57,213 nt of DNA from Chromera velia. Lineage: Eukaryota. Location of the stretch: assembly GCA_018398765.1 (NCBI GenBank), contig JAHBMJ010000086.1, positions 1 through 57,213 on the forward strand. The letters are read 5' to 3'. Of this stretch, positions 11,986-26,100 are shown in pieces (within the stretch, counting starts at the first letter, position 1; each line of letters begins with the position of its first letter). The notes under the pieces were generated by a model, which saw nothing but the letters and a program-made list of their open reading frames with translations, made no database searches and was not told the DNA's origin. The position numbers and the translations under genes are program-made.

Positions 11986-13880
11986 GTGCGTGTGTGCGTG
12001 TGTGTTTTTTTTGCGGTACTGCGGGTTTCTTTTACACTCTCAACACCATCTTTCTTCCTGATGACGGTCCGTCCTACCCACACATTTGCTCAAAAAGCTA
12101 ACCCTCTCGCTGTGTCCCTTTCTCACTTAGTCGCTCCAACTTCCTGCTGCAAACACACCTCCTGCAGATGTTTCCGGTCGAAACAGATGTATGCAAAGGC
12201 AGGGAAAGTACTCAGTCAAATCTTTGTCTTTCGCGTTCGTTTCCTTTGTCTCTATTCATTCCTTGTTTCTCTTCATTTGTCCCCCTTTCCGTCGTTCCTG
12301 CCTTTGCTCCTCCCCCAACTCATTTAATTGCTCATGATTTTCTTTGCAATAGTGCAATCACAGACTCACTCCGGAAGGTTGCTCAGATCCTTTCTTCCTC
12401 TGCCTCGCGCCTCTGGTCTCAGAAGGAGCGGAGCCCTCTCGTTTTCTGAGGTCCCTGAGGAGGAGGAGGGAGAGGGGGAAGCAGACGCCTCAGTGGAGTC
12501 GTCGGCAACCTCGCTGGCCTCCCCCCCAACCATGGAAGAAGGCCCGGAGACCGCAACGGACCCCAAACCCGACTGAGCAGGCGATCTTCCTTCCACCTCT
12601 TGCTGCTTCTGTCTTCTCTTCGTCTTCTCTTGCACGGACCTGATCGAGGGATCGGTTGAGAAAAGAAAAGAAAAGAAAAGAAGGAATCGAGGCAGCTGGA
12701 GGGGCCAACAATCATGCATGAGTCGAACCATACACAGACAGAATGATGGGGGGATCTGATCTTGATGGATCCACACCAAGCACGCAAGAAAAAAATTCAG
12801 GACCATCTCTGCCTCCCTCCCTGAGAACGCATCGAGAAAAAACGGTCCATCCCAATGAAACATTCAAGAAGTTTCTCTCTGCTGCCAAGTCTTCCTTTTC
12901 AAAAAAGAAAAGCCGACACAAAGGAGGGTGAGTCAAAAGAATGAGTTGGTAATGCAAATAGATTTCCACTCAGCGTGGAGAGGTACCGTCGCAAGCAACT
13001 GACATGCCGAAGTCCAGTCCGAAAAACGCGTCCTCATCCTCCTCCATGTCTGTGAATTCGTTGATGCCCATTTTCCACGAAGCCTTTGGGTTCTCGTTGT
13101 GGACTCTGATCTTTTCAACGTTGTACGAGTAGATCGTCCGCCTCCTGCTTCTTTCAGCGTCGTCTGCGTAGACCTGCACATCCACTCCCAGGGCTTCAGA
13201 TTTATTTGAATGCATGCATACTCGCGGCAGACGACTATGTAACAGTCACAAAGATTTCCACATTGGCCGTCAAAAAGACACGAGTAAATGAAAGATCTGT
13301 ACGTCCTTCTCACTCCCCCTCAATCGATCTTTGGAAGGCACTACTCTCTGCATGGACATGTTTAATGGAGTCTTGTCTTGATATGTATGAAGATATCAAT
13401 GCATATATTAATAAATGAAAAAAACTCCCAACGGAATTCCCATTAATCTGGCTGGATATGGTGGCTTCCAGGCGGAGTTCTTGCCAGCGGTCATTGATCT
13501 ACCAGGAGTACCACCATCCTCTTTTTTTGTGGCTGTTATATAGTTACCATGTGCACATATGGATGCGTGCAATTGATGCATTTACGTTCTCCCGCCGCTG
13601 AGAAGTTCTTCTGACCTTTTCGCTAGTGGATATATACGAAGTTCTTGAAGGAATACCCGGAGAGAGACACTATCGATAGAGGGGAGACAATGCTGTACGT
13701 ATTACTGTCTGGCATGTCAGTAGCTCGACCACCGACCTTCTCGAATTCCTGAATGAAATCCTCGAAGGAGTACTCCAGAGGAACGCTCTTGGTCAGTTCT
13801 GCCCAGTGGGGGGTCCCCAGGGCCAGAGAAGGAAGAAGGACGATGAGGCTTGAGGAAAGACACATGGCCAACCGCTTCAT
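8979..13880 (-). CDS. Papain-family (C1A) cathepsin L-like cysteine protease, 8 exons, ~466 aa, with signal peptide and I29 prodomain
   Basis: Exons 13880-13737, 13173-13004, 12639-12370, 11871-11669, 10968-10829, 10446-10245, 9838-9667 and 9078-8979 join in frame. Motifs: ERFNIN-like ([20 protein letters not shown]), GINEFTD, LPESVDWR, catalytic [20 protein letters not shown] and [16 protein letters not shown]. Confidence 0.93.
11150..11640. repeat. (CCTT)n/(CTTT)n microsatellite filling intron 4 of the protease gene
   Basis: About 490 bp of imperfect CCTT tetramer repeat. Confidence 0.95.
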
Positions 13881-14189
13881 CTTTGGCGTCCGAGGCTGTG
13901 GGATGACCGTGTCGTGCTGATGTGTTGCTGCTAGGAGATGTACCGTAGACGGTGAGGCGAGGAATGAATGAACAACAGTTGGGGAGCAGCCAAAAAGAAG
14001 CTGATCACAAGGTTCTCAATCCGCCTGCAGCAGGGTCTCCGAGCTTTCTGCTACTAGCTGCGTGTAATGTACAAGGTTCGATCGTTTAGTTTTTGCGAAT
14101 GGGATTCGAACTCCGATATTAATATACGTGCCAATAAATCCATAGCTTCCAAACTTCAATGATGATCGAAGTCGATCGGATCCCAAGGT

Positions 14190-14270
14190 ATCTTCGAATG
14201 CATGCAAGCTATAGCGATCGAAAGTCGATCGCCGCGGGCCGGCCGGGCATGCAGCTGCATGCATGAGATA
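14190..14270. promoter_or_regulatory. Palindrome-rich putative bidirectional promoter core (TGCATGCA, GCTATAGCGATC)
   Basis: Lies between divergent starts at 13880 and 14925. Contains TGCATGCA 14199-14206, hairpin GCGATCGA-AAG-TCGATCGC 14214-14232 and a 16-bp palindrome GCATGCAGCTGCATGC 14247-14262. Confidence 0.4.
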
Positions 14271-14924
14271 TATCAGCCGCGAGAATGCCGCGAGAGCTCG
14301 GCCCTGAAATGCATGTGAGTACAAAACCCGCCTTTAATTGGAGCTGCGAGCGGAGCGAGCGCGGCTCTGTACAGAGTCTGTAGCTGTGATCACAAGTGCA
14401 TGAACTGATCCTGCACACATCTCTCCACACAGGACGCAATGTGTGCACTCATAATCACTCATACAGGACCTTCGGTAACTCTCGATTCAGCAAAGCCGTC
14501 TCTGTTATCCACGCAATCTGCCAAGTCAGCTTACCCTTTCTCAACTGCCTGCTTGGATATCTGCATTCAGACAAAAAGTAGTCGTTGAAGTTGCGAGAGA
14601 GAGAGAGAGAGGGGGGGGGGGGGTTAATATTCACAGTTTGGTCTAACTTCGCCCACCACGGTCCATTGAGAAGAGAGAAGACCTTCAGCTTCGTCGGTGA
14701 GTAGCTAACAAAGGACGAATGGCGTTCTCTCATTCCCAATTTTATCTCACGCCCAGGACAACATCACAGTCTGTCGAGTGTTGTTCGTTCAGTCTCTGCG
14801 ATACTTTTTACTCCTCTTTTTGAAACAAGGGGCACGGACATGACCTTCACCTGTCTTTATGTCTGCAGCTCATTTGCATCCGAAAATACACGAAAGTGAG
14901 TGAGTCACTGAGGGCCTTGCAAGG

Positions 14925-16657
14925 ATGGCGGGCATCTCTGGAGACAGTGAAGGCCTGATGTCCGGATCTGTGTCAGAGGCGGACTTTGCAGGAGAACGGG
15001 CGGCAGCACAGCAGGACAACGACTTTGAGTTTGCAGAGGAGAGCATTGACAGCGCTGAGAAGAGGGGACAGAGGTCGGGGCGTGGAGGTGGTCAGAGGGA
15101 GAGAGGCGGGGGAGGACTTGAGGGCACCGTTGGTCCTGTGGAGACGCATGACGATAAGCCCTACGATGAAGTGATCAACGCAGACAATTCAGGTTGGTCC
15201 GCTTGTCTGTGTGTGCACAAGAGAGTGCGGGCTGTGTTGGCGGCTCAGGAACACACACACACACACACAGAGGGGGGGGGGCACGGGAAGAAAAGACGAG
15301 GGAGTTTATTTTTTGCCTGTCGAAGCGAGAGAGGGAGCTTTCTGGATATTTGTGCCGTCACCGCCAAGCGACTGTCAGAGTATCTGAAGACGGTTTCGGA
15401 CCGAGAAAATATCGGTTTCTCTAGTTATGCAACCATATTGCCGTATGGTCACCATAAGTTCATGAATGTCCGGACGGTGTCTGTGCAGACGACGACGCCG
15501 GAGGTCACCTGGACACTCCCTCTGGCAGTAACACCTCCCCCTCCCCGCACGCAGACAGAATGGGCAGGGAGGATGGGGAAGGAGACGGGAGCCCTGGTGG
15601 AAGCCCAGCCAGCAAAGGGAGGATGGGCATGGGAGGAGATGGAGACGAGGAAGAAGAGGACGAGAGGATGATGAATATGAACGGAAGTGGAAGCGGGCCG
15701 GGGGGGCTGGCCCACACGCAGCAGCAGCAACAGCAGAGCGCCATGCAGCAACAGTCGCATGGACAGGGACCAGGCGCGGCAAAGCTCGGGCAACCGTCAG
15801 GTCGGGCTGGATGGACGTGGCGGCAGTAGCGGGAGGTTCGCATTTCCGTCTTACTGTCGTTGGCTAATTTCTCCCGTGCGTGCGTCGATGCGTTTCGAAT
15901 AGTAGACCTTCTTTATTTCATTTTTGCTTGCATTGCTGACTGGCTGATTGGCTGGCTGTTTGCAGACGACGTCGGGGGCATGTCTCCTGTGGAGGCAGCA
16001 AGGGTGGGGGGAGTGGGTGGGATGAAGGCCGCACCGTTGGGAGGAGTAGGAGGGGCGGGGGGGAGGAAAGATGGGTTTGGAGGGGTGAGTGACAGGCTGG
16101 GTGAGCGTGACGTTTCCTTGTGTATGTTTCGTACTCTTTGTTGTTTTCTGTCTCTCCCCTTCCCTTTTATCCTCTGTCCTGGCTTTCTTTCTCTCTCTCT
16201 CTCTCTCTCTTATGTATATTCTTTCGGTCTCCTTCCTTCCTACCTTGCTTCTTTCCTTTCTTCCTTGTGTTCCTTCTCCCTTTCTGTCCCGTCCTTCTTC
16301 CTTCCCTTCCTTTGTTTAGGTCGTTCGTTCTTCCTTCCTTGCTTCCTTTTTTTCTTCCGCCCTTTTTCTCCCCTGTTGTTCTTTTTGCCACTCCTGTCTC
16401 TGTCAGCAAGAAAGACTTCTCCCATCTTCTGTCGCTTCAATCCTCACGATGACCGTTCGTGGCCCGTTTCTTGTTTGCGTCGTCTTTGCCTCTGTTCCTG
16501 TCTGTCTTCATGTGCTCCTGGTTTTCTTTTGACCATCTTACGGCTCAACGGACGAACGCAAAAGCAGGGAGCAAGCGAAGAGGAAGGAGAAGGAGGGGGA
16601 TCGGGATCCGACGCGTCGAGTGATGATGAGAGCGGGGATGATGAAGTGCCTGGTCAG

Positions 16658-16688
<31 letters not shown>

Positions 16689-16756
16689 TTCTCTTTCTCT
16701 TTCGCTCTCTCTCTCTCTCTCTCTTTCTCTCTCTTTTTCTCTCTCTCTCTCTCTCA

Positions 16757-16793
<37 letters not shown>

Positions 16794-17414
16794 CTCTCTC
16801 TCTCTCTCTCTCAGCCCCCCTCACTCCCCCTCTCTGTTTGCGAAAACCGGGCAACATTTTCCTATTCTGCGGGAGGCTGCCTACTTTGTGCGACCGTCCT
16901 TTTGCCTCATACACCTGAATTCAAAAGAACCTTCTTCACTTCGTTTCGAAAAAATTGCGCAAGCAGTGTGGTGCTTTTTGCTTCCAACATCGCATTGCGT
17001 GGCCACACATTTCATATCTCTGCAAACAGATGCTCGCAGCTTTCATCTGTTGACCGACCGATCTTTTCGGCCTTCCGCGACACACGAATTGCGATGGAGG
17101 TCCATAATTTTTGTGCTTGGCTTTGTGTGTTCTTGTGCGTGCGTCCGTTCATGCTTGTCCGTGTCCGTGTCCGTGTGTGTGAGAGAGAGGGGAGGGGGGG
17201 GAGGTTTCCGTCTGGTGGGGTGCCTGAATTCCCCCCCCGAATTTCGGTCTGCGCAGGTGCGTACAACTTCAGTGAGTTTTTGGACGTCCCGGGGACATCA
17301 CAGGAGGTGCGGGATCTCTTTCTTCACATCGGCAAGTAAGTGAGTGGGTGGGCGGGCGGGTAGATAGTCAGATGGGTCAGTGAGTGAAGGGAGGGACGAG
17401 CTGGTTTCTGTTTG

Positions 17415-17445
<31 letters not shown>

Positions 17446-20400
17446 TTGGTAGAGAGTTACATAATATCAAGCTTTCAATTTGTTTGTTTGAGTCTAGATA
17501 GGTCAATTAGATATGCTGCTCGTCCTACATCAGTAAAATAGTGCTCTCTCCTTCTCTATCCCTTTTTCCTTTCTTCTTTCAGAAGTGTTTCCTTTGAGAA
17601 AGTATGATGCTTTGTCTGCTGACGTATCTTTCACCTGGCTCTCTCACAATGTTTTTGTTCGTACGCTGCCTTGTCTCAATCCCTTGTCGGGCCCGTCTGT
17701 CGGTCTGTCTGCCTTTGTTTGTCTCTCTGTTGTTTTCGGGAAAAGAAGAGAGGAAAAGGAAAAGAACGTGTTGTCTGCCCGCCTACCTGTCGTTGTATTT
17801 GAAGGGAAGAAAGAAAAAAGGAATAAAAGGGAGAACGATCAAATCTGTGTGCTACTCTCTCTCTGTCTCTCTGTCTGTCCCCACAGGTTCAAGCCTCACC
17901 GGATAGACTTGGAGACAAAACTGAAGTCGTTCATCCCGGAGTACACCCCTTGCGTCGGTAGGTCCTCTCCTCTGCCAGACTTTACAATGCGATCCCACTA
18001 GGGACACCAGCAAATGAAGATCAAAAGCAGATTGCAGATGCAGAAAAACTATGCACATTCCTTGGATGGTTGGCACAAATTTTTCAGACAGAATCACAGA
18101 AAACAGAAGTTCTTGTTGACCCCGCGGCCGTGCATTGCGTTTTCCCCCGCTTTTGCCGTTCATTTTTCTTCGTTTCCTCTTTGATATTTCGGTGTATCAT
18201 TGGTCCGTTTGTTTCCCACTATCCGTCTGTCTGGGAGGAAATAAAAAAAAAGGAGGAAAAAGAGGAAAAAATTGTTTGATCTGATCTGTCTGGTGCCAGA
18301 GAACCGAAAAGGGTATAACAAGATTTATGAAGTATGCCTCAGTCACGAGAGGTGACCATCTTTAGTTTCGCCATTCTCTAACCACCCCCTCTGCGCCCTT
18401 TCAGTTTCGCACTCGTTCGCATTTTGGTTCCTTCTTCCTTCCTCCACTCCCTCCCTCCCTCCCTCCCCCCCTTCCTTCCTTCCTTCCTCCCTTCCTCCCT
18501 TCCTCCCTCCCTTCCTTCCCTCCTTCCTTCCTTCCTTCCCACCCTCCTAGTACCCTCACTTAATTCGCCCGTCTGTACTCACTCACTCACTGACTCACTC
18601 ACTCACTCACTCCCACACAAAATCAAGTCTCTTCCTGCCCTCATTGTTCGCTCAGGGGAGGTGAGAGCACTCCGCCCCTCCCTGACGGCACCCTGCATGG
18701 CCGGAGGGGGACAATTTATTTGCGTTTTGAATTGAGCAACATATGCATTCACCTCGTTGTTTGTAGACGCTGAAGGTCCACGTGCGTTGATGAATAATCC
18801 CTTCCTCGATTCTTTCGATCCTTCATTCATTTATTCATTCATTGATTCGTTCGTTCGTCCATTCCTTCATTCCTGCAGGAGAGGTGGATGCATTCATCAA
18901 GGTCCCCAGGCCCGACGGGAAACCGGTGGGTGAATGTCTTGGTGGTCTCACTGGCTGAAGCCAACTGGCTGAGAGACTGACGGAATGACTGAAGGAATCA
19001 ATGAACAAAGAAATGAATGGAGGAGAGGACTGTCTATGGATCAGTGGAGACAAAAGAATGACCCGAACGAAAAGAAAGAGACAAGGGCTCAAAAAAAGGT
19101 TACAAGAGCGCGAGAGAGAGAGCGAGAGAGAGGAAGAGCAGGGACCGATCGACCCTCTCGTTTGTTTGTGCGATGATTCTTTGTCCTTCGTTTGGTCTGT
19201 CAGCTTCTCCACTTTGATGTCTCTGTCTCTCTCTCTCTCTCTGTGTATGTGTGTGTGTGTGTGTGTGAAATTGTGTGTGTACCTGCGCGCACCTGCATTC
19301 ATTCCTGGCGGCACTTCTCAATTCATGCCCGTCCTTTTGCTTCTTCCGACCTTCCTACCTGTCTGTCTGTCTGTCTGTCTGTCTGTGTGTGTGCGTGTCT
19401 GTATGCATTGATGCAGGACGGTCTAGGGCTGGAGAGACTGGACGAACCTTGCCTGAACCCCACGGACCCTCCGGTGCTGGAATTGGTCGGTCGGTCGGTT
19501 TACTTCTTTCTCCTCGCCTCCTGACTGCATGTCGGGATGTTTGTTTTTGGATGGGGGGCAGCTTTTCACGATCATCTGTCTCTTTTCTCTCTCTCCCCCT
19601 TTCTGTCTCTCTCGCACAAGAGAGTGAGTGCGCGGGTGCATGCTTGAACTTCTTCATTTCATTCCTCCCCGATTTCCTTCTTTCGGCTTGTAATTCATTT
19701 GTTTTGTCTTTGCCTCTATCTGTCTCGGCCCCTCTGCAGCAACTGCGTGCTCTCTCGAAGCACACGAACCTCACTCCAGTGTCTGTGCGGTCCCTTCCGT
19801 GGGCAGAGGAGAACGGAAAGGAGGTGGCGACTTGGAGGAGACAAATCACAGACCTCCACAGGAACAGACCGGCACCCTCGGTGTCCTACTCAAGAAGGTA
19901 GGTGGGTAGGGAGGTGCGTGTGTAGGTAGGACGGTGGGTGAGTGGAAACGTATTTGAATCCTCGAGACACGTAAGTGATACCTTCCTTGAGTGTTTTCGA
20001 GGACCGACACGGGTTCCTTCCTTCCTTCTGTTTCTTTTGGACGAACAAACATTCATTCATTCGGTGGTTTCGATTATTGAAAGTTTGTGCGTTCTCCAGT
20101 GGACACACGGAGCTCCCCCTCTTCTGCCCCCCCCCCTTTCCATACTAACTTGCACCCCTTAAATCTTGTCTCTGATGGACCGTGCCTGCAGGATGCCCGA
20201 TGTGGAGGCGCTCATGCAGGTCTGTGCGTGTGTGTGGGGGGGNGGGGGGGGGGGGGTGAGCGAGAAGGGGCGGGCGGGGGGCGAGGTAGGCAGGGAAGGT
20301 TTACAGAAGCTGGGAAGGAGGAAGAGAATGGGGGCGTAAAAAGTAGACAGGCGCATACACAAGAAGAATACAGCATACGACGAAATTGCGCTCCCGTTTT

Positions 20401-20646
20401 CTCTCTACCATGATTTACTACCGCTTCCTCTTTTTTCTTCGTTAACTGAATACAATGAGCACCTGACTTCCTTCGTATGTGTTCTCTCCCCCCTTGTCTG
20501 TGTCTTCGTCTGTCGCCCGTTCTCTTTCTTCTCTTCTCCCCGTTCTGTGCAGGTCTGGCCGAGCGACTTCGAGGACTACCTGAACGAACACGGAGACGCC
20601 CTTCCGACTGGAGATCTCGATATTCCCCTGGCGGTCCGTCTGCCCT

Positions 20647-20685
<39 letters not shown>

Positions 20686-21684
20686 GTGTGTGCTTCCNGG
20701 GGGGCTTTGTTGTGGCATGTGTGTGTGGCACGCATTGATCTTTGTTGGCTCAAATGTACTTTCTTTTCAGCAACAGAAAGTCTGTGGGACAACCATCAAT
20801 CAGCGACTCCTTCCTTCATCAACATATCCATTTCAAATCGCGCTCTGCCTTCTTTCTCCCCTCGTCCTTGTCTTTCTCTTGCCGCTTCTTTTGTTTCTCT
20901 TCTCCGCCGTGATATGTTCGTTCATGCACATCCCTCGGTTTTCGTGTGAGTGAGAGCTTTGTTTGCCAACTGAAATTCATTCTCCCCCTCTTTCCTTCGT
21001 CCTATGATGGGTCTGTAGGTCTCTCTCTCTTTTTCGTGTGGCCCATCAATCCTTTCTTTCGGTTGACTGAGTGAGTGTTTGTCTTTCTGTCTGTCCATGT
21101 CCTCTCCCTCCCTCCCCCCCCCCCGTCGATCCATCCATCGATCCATGGGTGAACTCAGGACCTTGTGAGGATCATGTGCGTCCTCCTGGACATCCCCTGT
21201 GGGGGGCCTCTGGTGGAACCTCTGCACGCGATGTTCACTCTCTATTCGGGTGGGTGGGAGGGTGGGTGGGTCAGGCGATCTGCATGCATTCCTGCTTGTC
21301 TGCCTGGTTGTATACCTGCATGTGCTGACGAGTCTTGGCTGTAATCCTGCCTGCCTGCCTTTTCTTGTTCGACAGACAAAGGTATAGGTGTTTGACTCCC
21401 TCTCTCTCTTCCCTTTTGTGTTCGTTCCTCTGCCCTTCCTCTTCCCTCCCTGCTTGTGTGTGTGTTCTCTGCAGAGTTCGAGGCCAACCAGCACTTCCAG
21501 AGTGTGCCCTCTCGGGAGTCTGGGGACCCTCTGGGCGGGTCTCTTGGGGGGTCTGGGACGTTGGGGGGNNNNNGGGGGGGGGGGGGGCTTGATTGGGGAT
21601 GTTGGAGGCGTGAAGGCGGGAGGAACTCTGAACAAAGCGATGCGAATGCCTGGAGGCACAGCACAGCAGCAGTTTGGAGAGTGA
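14925..21684 (+). CDS. IFT46: Intraflagellar transport protein 46 (IFT-B), multi-exon, with acidic low-complexity N-terminus
   Basis: Spliced exons give GAYNFSEF...EVRDLFLHIG (17257-), FKPHRIDLETKLKSFIPEYTPCVG, EVDAFIKVPRPDGKP, DGLGLERLDEP...TDPPVLEL, MPDVEALMQ-VWPSDFE, IMCVLLDIP...LHAMFTLYS-EFEANQHF, matching the conserved IFT46 core. The stop position is uncertain because of Ns at 21569-21573. Confidence 0.92.
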
Positions 21685-22833
21685 TGGGAATTGAGGGGGG
21701 GCTTCCCCCTCTCTTTTCTTCCCTTCCACCCTTTTCTTTCTTTCTCTCAACTCCGTTGGTGGATTTGGAGGGTTGGTGACTTTTTCTCTCGATCGATCGA
21801 TGGGCACATGGATGGATGGATGTACAGGGAGATAGGGGGAAAAAGGGGGGAGGGGGAGTAGAAGATGCAGAAGGGGAGAGGGAGAAAGAAGAGGAGAGGG
21901 TCGCCGTTTTGCCTTCTGACCCGCCCGGCCGAGAGTCACGGGGCCTCCATTTCCATTTCAGTCTCTGACCGGTCTTTGCTGTCCTCTGACCTTTCTCGCC
22001 TCTTCTCTCCTCTGCCCTTCTGTCCGGTTGGAAGCATCCCCTCAGGGTCACTCGATCGCCTCGTCTCACATCCTTGGGGGTCTTCCGTTTCCATCGTCAT
22101 GTACTTACTCGTCGTGAGTCGCTGTCCTTCTTAAGATCTCTTTGTTCGTGCCGAAAGGTCTGTGGACCATTCGCCTTCTCGCAGGGGCCGTCTCTCTCTG
22201 TCACCTACCGACAGATCATTTCCGGGGCGCGTCTGTCCGTTTGACGGATTTTCTCTGGGGATGTGTTGCCCCGGCCTGTAAGTCTCTGTCTGTTCCTCTC
22301 ACTCACTCATACATGCTCTTGATTGCTGATCGATCGAATTGATTGGACAACACAGCTATGCCGCCTATGCCTCCCAAGCATGAGATCTAGCATCAGATGA
22401 TATCAGATGCATTATTATTCCATTCATCATTATCAAATGAATTCTTTTTGGGCCCATGCATAATTTATTGTATGAGTTGGGCCTCTGGCGTTTGGTGATG
22501 TTCGGTATATAAATCAACACAAGCAAAAATTTGTATATAAAACAACACAAACAAAAACTAGAACAAAAATTTTAGAAATTGTTTTTGTAAATTTTGTTGA
22601 CAATTAGAAAGGAAATTCAAAATACTAGCTAAAATAACTAGAAAAATATTAAAGGAATCTTGGACACTCTTCGTGACTGTAAAAAAAATGCTATTAGGAC
22701 CATAATTATATAGGTGCTGTGGCCTCTGGGGCTGGCCCCCCCCCGCACAGGCATAAATAGGATATTCATGGATACCCACTAGCTAGGATACCTAGAACAG
22801 ACATGCCTACACCACCGCAAGGCCCATCTGGGA

Positions 22834-23140
22834 AGCAGAATGTGCAAGCGGGCCGGCACCGGCCAACCGGTCCCGCCGCACAGCGCGCCTCCAGAGAGCC
22901 ATGACCGAGCACGTACGCATCTTGCAGATCAATGCATGCAGAATTAATTGCATGTACGTAAATGCATATAAACAGTAATTCGATGATACAGAATGATGGA
23001 GTCAGATAAGTTAGAGACTTGATTGATGGTTGGAAGTGAAGTAGCCTTGCTTCACACACCTTCTGAATACGAACACCTATAAGTGCTGTGTACGCTCACG
23101 GGCAAAGGCGCCCCTAGACAAGCAGTGTCTAGCTCTTTCT
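22834..23140 (+). repeat. 5' LTR (307 bp)
   Basis: Direct repeat of 28803-29109 with 8 substitutions and no indels by manual comparison. Confidence 0.95.
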
Positions 23141-23160
23141 GGTAACAACCCAGCAAGAGA

Positions 23161-26100
23161 ATGAGTGAGTCAGGATCGCCGTTTCCAGTTCTACAGAATG
23201 ACCAGGTCTTCAAGCCCTGGTGGGATCAGTGCGTATCGAAAACAGAAGGGGCAGAAAAGCTCTTCGGTGCTTCTGATGAGAATATCGCACAATGGCAGGC
23301 AAGCAGAATTTACTTGGCAACTCATAAGCATCGAATTGTTGGAAAGTCCATCCAACATCTTTTCGATCAGAAAAATGACTCCCATGACACAACCTTCCAA
23401 CATGCTGGCACCCTGAAGATAGATTGGATCAAGTACAGGGATGCCCTTTTAGACAAAGTCAAACAGCTCCTTGAAGAAACTGCGAAGGCCAAATCCAAAA
23501 AGAATGCGCGTGAATGGCGCATGCTTGCGGATAACGGCCGAGATTTCGCATCGTTTCAACTTCTTGTCGACTTCTTCGAGGTACTGGAGAAGGAGATGAA
23601 GGACTCAAAGGCAGAGAAGGACGTTCCTGATTCCCTGAGAGGGGAAGCTGTGTTTGCTTGTTTCTCCGCCTACAACCAGAGGATATTGGGGACAGATTAG
23701 GATGAAAACGATCTGTCCAACTATGGGAAATTGATTGCGGAGGCAAAGAAGCTCGCAGGCAAGACCCAAACCAACATCATCACGGAACCAGCAGGAGGTC
23801 CACCTGCCTGGCAGACCGCCACCACCAATAACATCACTCAGACGAAGAAAGCCGCAGTCGTCAAGCAGGAGGCTGCCTTTGTCGGTGGCGCTGGGTTCCC
23901 TCCGAGGGGGAGGAATAGAGGCAGAGGGCGGGGAAGAGGCAGTTCAGGGGCAGGTCGAGGAGGAGGTCATGGGGGGCAAGAGAGAGGCTAAGAAATGAAC
24001 CTAAACGATTGCCCAAAGTGTAGCAGGGCAGGGGGGCATGACCTAGAATGGCTTGAGAAGAATGATTGTCCGGAGAAGACGTACACGTGCAAGATCTGTG
24101 GGAAATACGGACACAGGCCACGCGTGTGCAGGAAGAAGGGGGACACTGCAAACACCCCCCAAGCATCCATATCCAACTCCAGAGGCAGAGGACGCCCCCA
24201 TTCACAGAGGGGACGTGGAGGGATGCAAGCTGCTCGAGGTGGTAGCCCCGGACGATTCGATGGCAAGGCAGCCTATTACGTTCAACATGAGAAGAATGGT
24301 CAAGGGTGCACACCTGACCAATATGAGGTCAGCAGACTTGTGGGACATCGTTCCTAGTCTGGAAAAGGTTCTCAGAAGGCAGGCCACCTTCTTGAGTGTT
24401 TTCGAAATAATATGTGCGTGTCTGTGCTTCCTCACTCATCTCCCTTCTCTCTGTCTCTCTGGCATTAGCAGGGTGCAGAGGGAGGAATTCGACAGACATC
24501 TCACACAACATTCCGGATGAGGGATGGTGCGCCCCAACCATTCTTTGTCGACGTGAAAGAGCACCACGCCTGCATGGTGGACTCCACTAGAGACGACGCG
24601 AGACCCCCAGACAAGTTAGTATTGGTTAGTTAACAGAGACCTGCTGCACGCCGTCAGATGTACATCGACTCATGCACTACGGCACCCATAGGATGGGAGA
24701 GAGAGCTGGGAGGAATGGTTGTCTGGAGTAGGCCGTCTGACATGTCTTTTGGGCTTGCGCACAAGAAGGCAGAAAAGAAGATCTGAATCTCCCGTTTCGC
24801 ATGCATCGCACAGAAATGCAAAGTCAGAGGGGTAGGCTGGCAAGTCCTTTTTGTCATGGTCTATCTGACGCATGACCTAGTGCCATTTCTGATGAAACAG
24901 GATGATGCTGAGGGGGAAACGATTTTGCGGAAAGAGGGGAAGGAATTATATGTGGTCGTAAGGGACGCCAGAGGGTTCTTAGCGGAGATCCTCGTTAACA
25001 ACCCAAGGGGAGACGGCCGCACAACAAACCTTCCGTTTACAGATATCATTGTTCCCCGTACTGACGAAGTAGCAGCAGCAATGAGAGACGAGGGGAGCGT
25101 GTGGGCTGTGGGGTTGCGTACCATTGGGTTTGAGGAATTGAGGGCAGAACACAGGAGATTCGGGCACGTAGGCAGAGATAAGCTAGAGCCCACACTGGCC
25201 TGCAGGGGGATGTAGGCAAGGAGTGAAGACTGGAAGAGGCTTGAGACAGAGTGCCGACTGTGTCCCCTCAAAAACGTAACCATCCCCACCCTAGCTCCAG
25301 TACTCACCCGACATGAGGATCCGGGTGGGCCCTTCGACATCATGCAGATTGATCACTGGTTTCCCAATAATGATGAGATGGCAGAGCCTTACAAATGCTG
25401 CATGCGGGTGATTGATGAGTGGGGGGGACTTGACCTTGACTACCCCCTCAGGTCACGAAACCAGTCCGTCGAGGGGTTCAAAGAGCATATCGACTTTGTT
25501 GAATCGTTTGGGGGAGTACAATTCCAAAAGGAAGGGCCAAAGGCAGTAGCAGCACGCATCCGTTGCAACGATGTACCTGAATTCCAAGGGGGGGAGTTTG
25601 AAGCGTTTGCAGAGCGAAGGGGAATAAGATTTTTGGACTATCCATCCAGAATCAAAGGAGCTCTGGGTTTTGTGGAGGGGAAAAACAGGCATGCAAGAGC
25701 AGAGCTTGGTGCCTTCCGGGCTGAATGGAAGCGTCGGTTTGGTTCATGCCCCAAATCCCTCTGGGGTCATATGGCTAGAGGGATCAGCATCACCAGAGCC
25801 AAGACATACAACAAGGTGCTTTGCACCTCCCAATGGAAGAAAACCTTCGGCTCTGACCCTCCCTACCATTTTCTCTGCGGAGATGTGGGTGTGTTGCGAA
25901 CTGCAGAGAGTGGAATCAAACTTCCAGGCAGTGAGGTTGTGTAGCTCTATGAGAAGAACAAAAACCTTGCTCTCGTGACTCGAAAACAACCGAACCGTAA
26001 CGTATGGGTGACATTCACACGCATCCCCACTACGTTAAGCCAGTGAAGAGGGGTATTGTGGCATGTTGGGGGGGGCCTGAATGGGTCCCCGAGAACAACG

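Noticed and set aside
13160..13175. YADD motif suggesting a reverse transcriptase
   Set aside because: Coincidental; it lies in the I29 prodomain exon of the cysteine protease.
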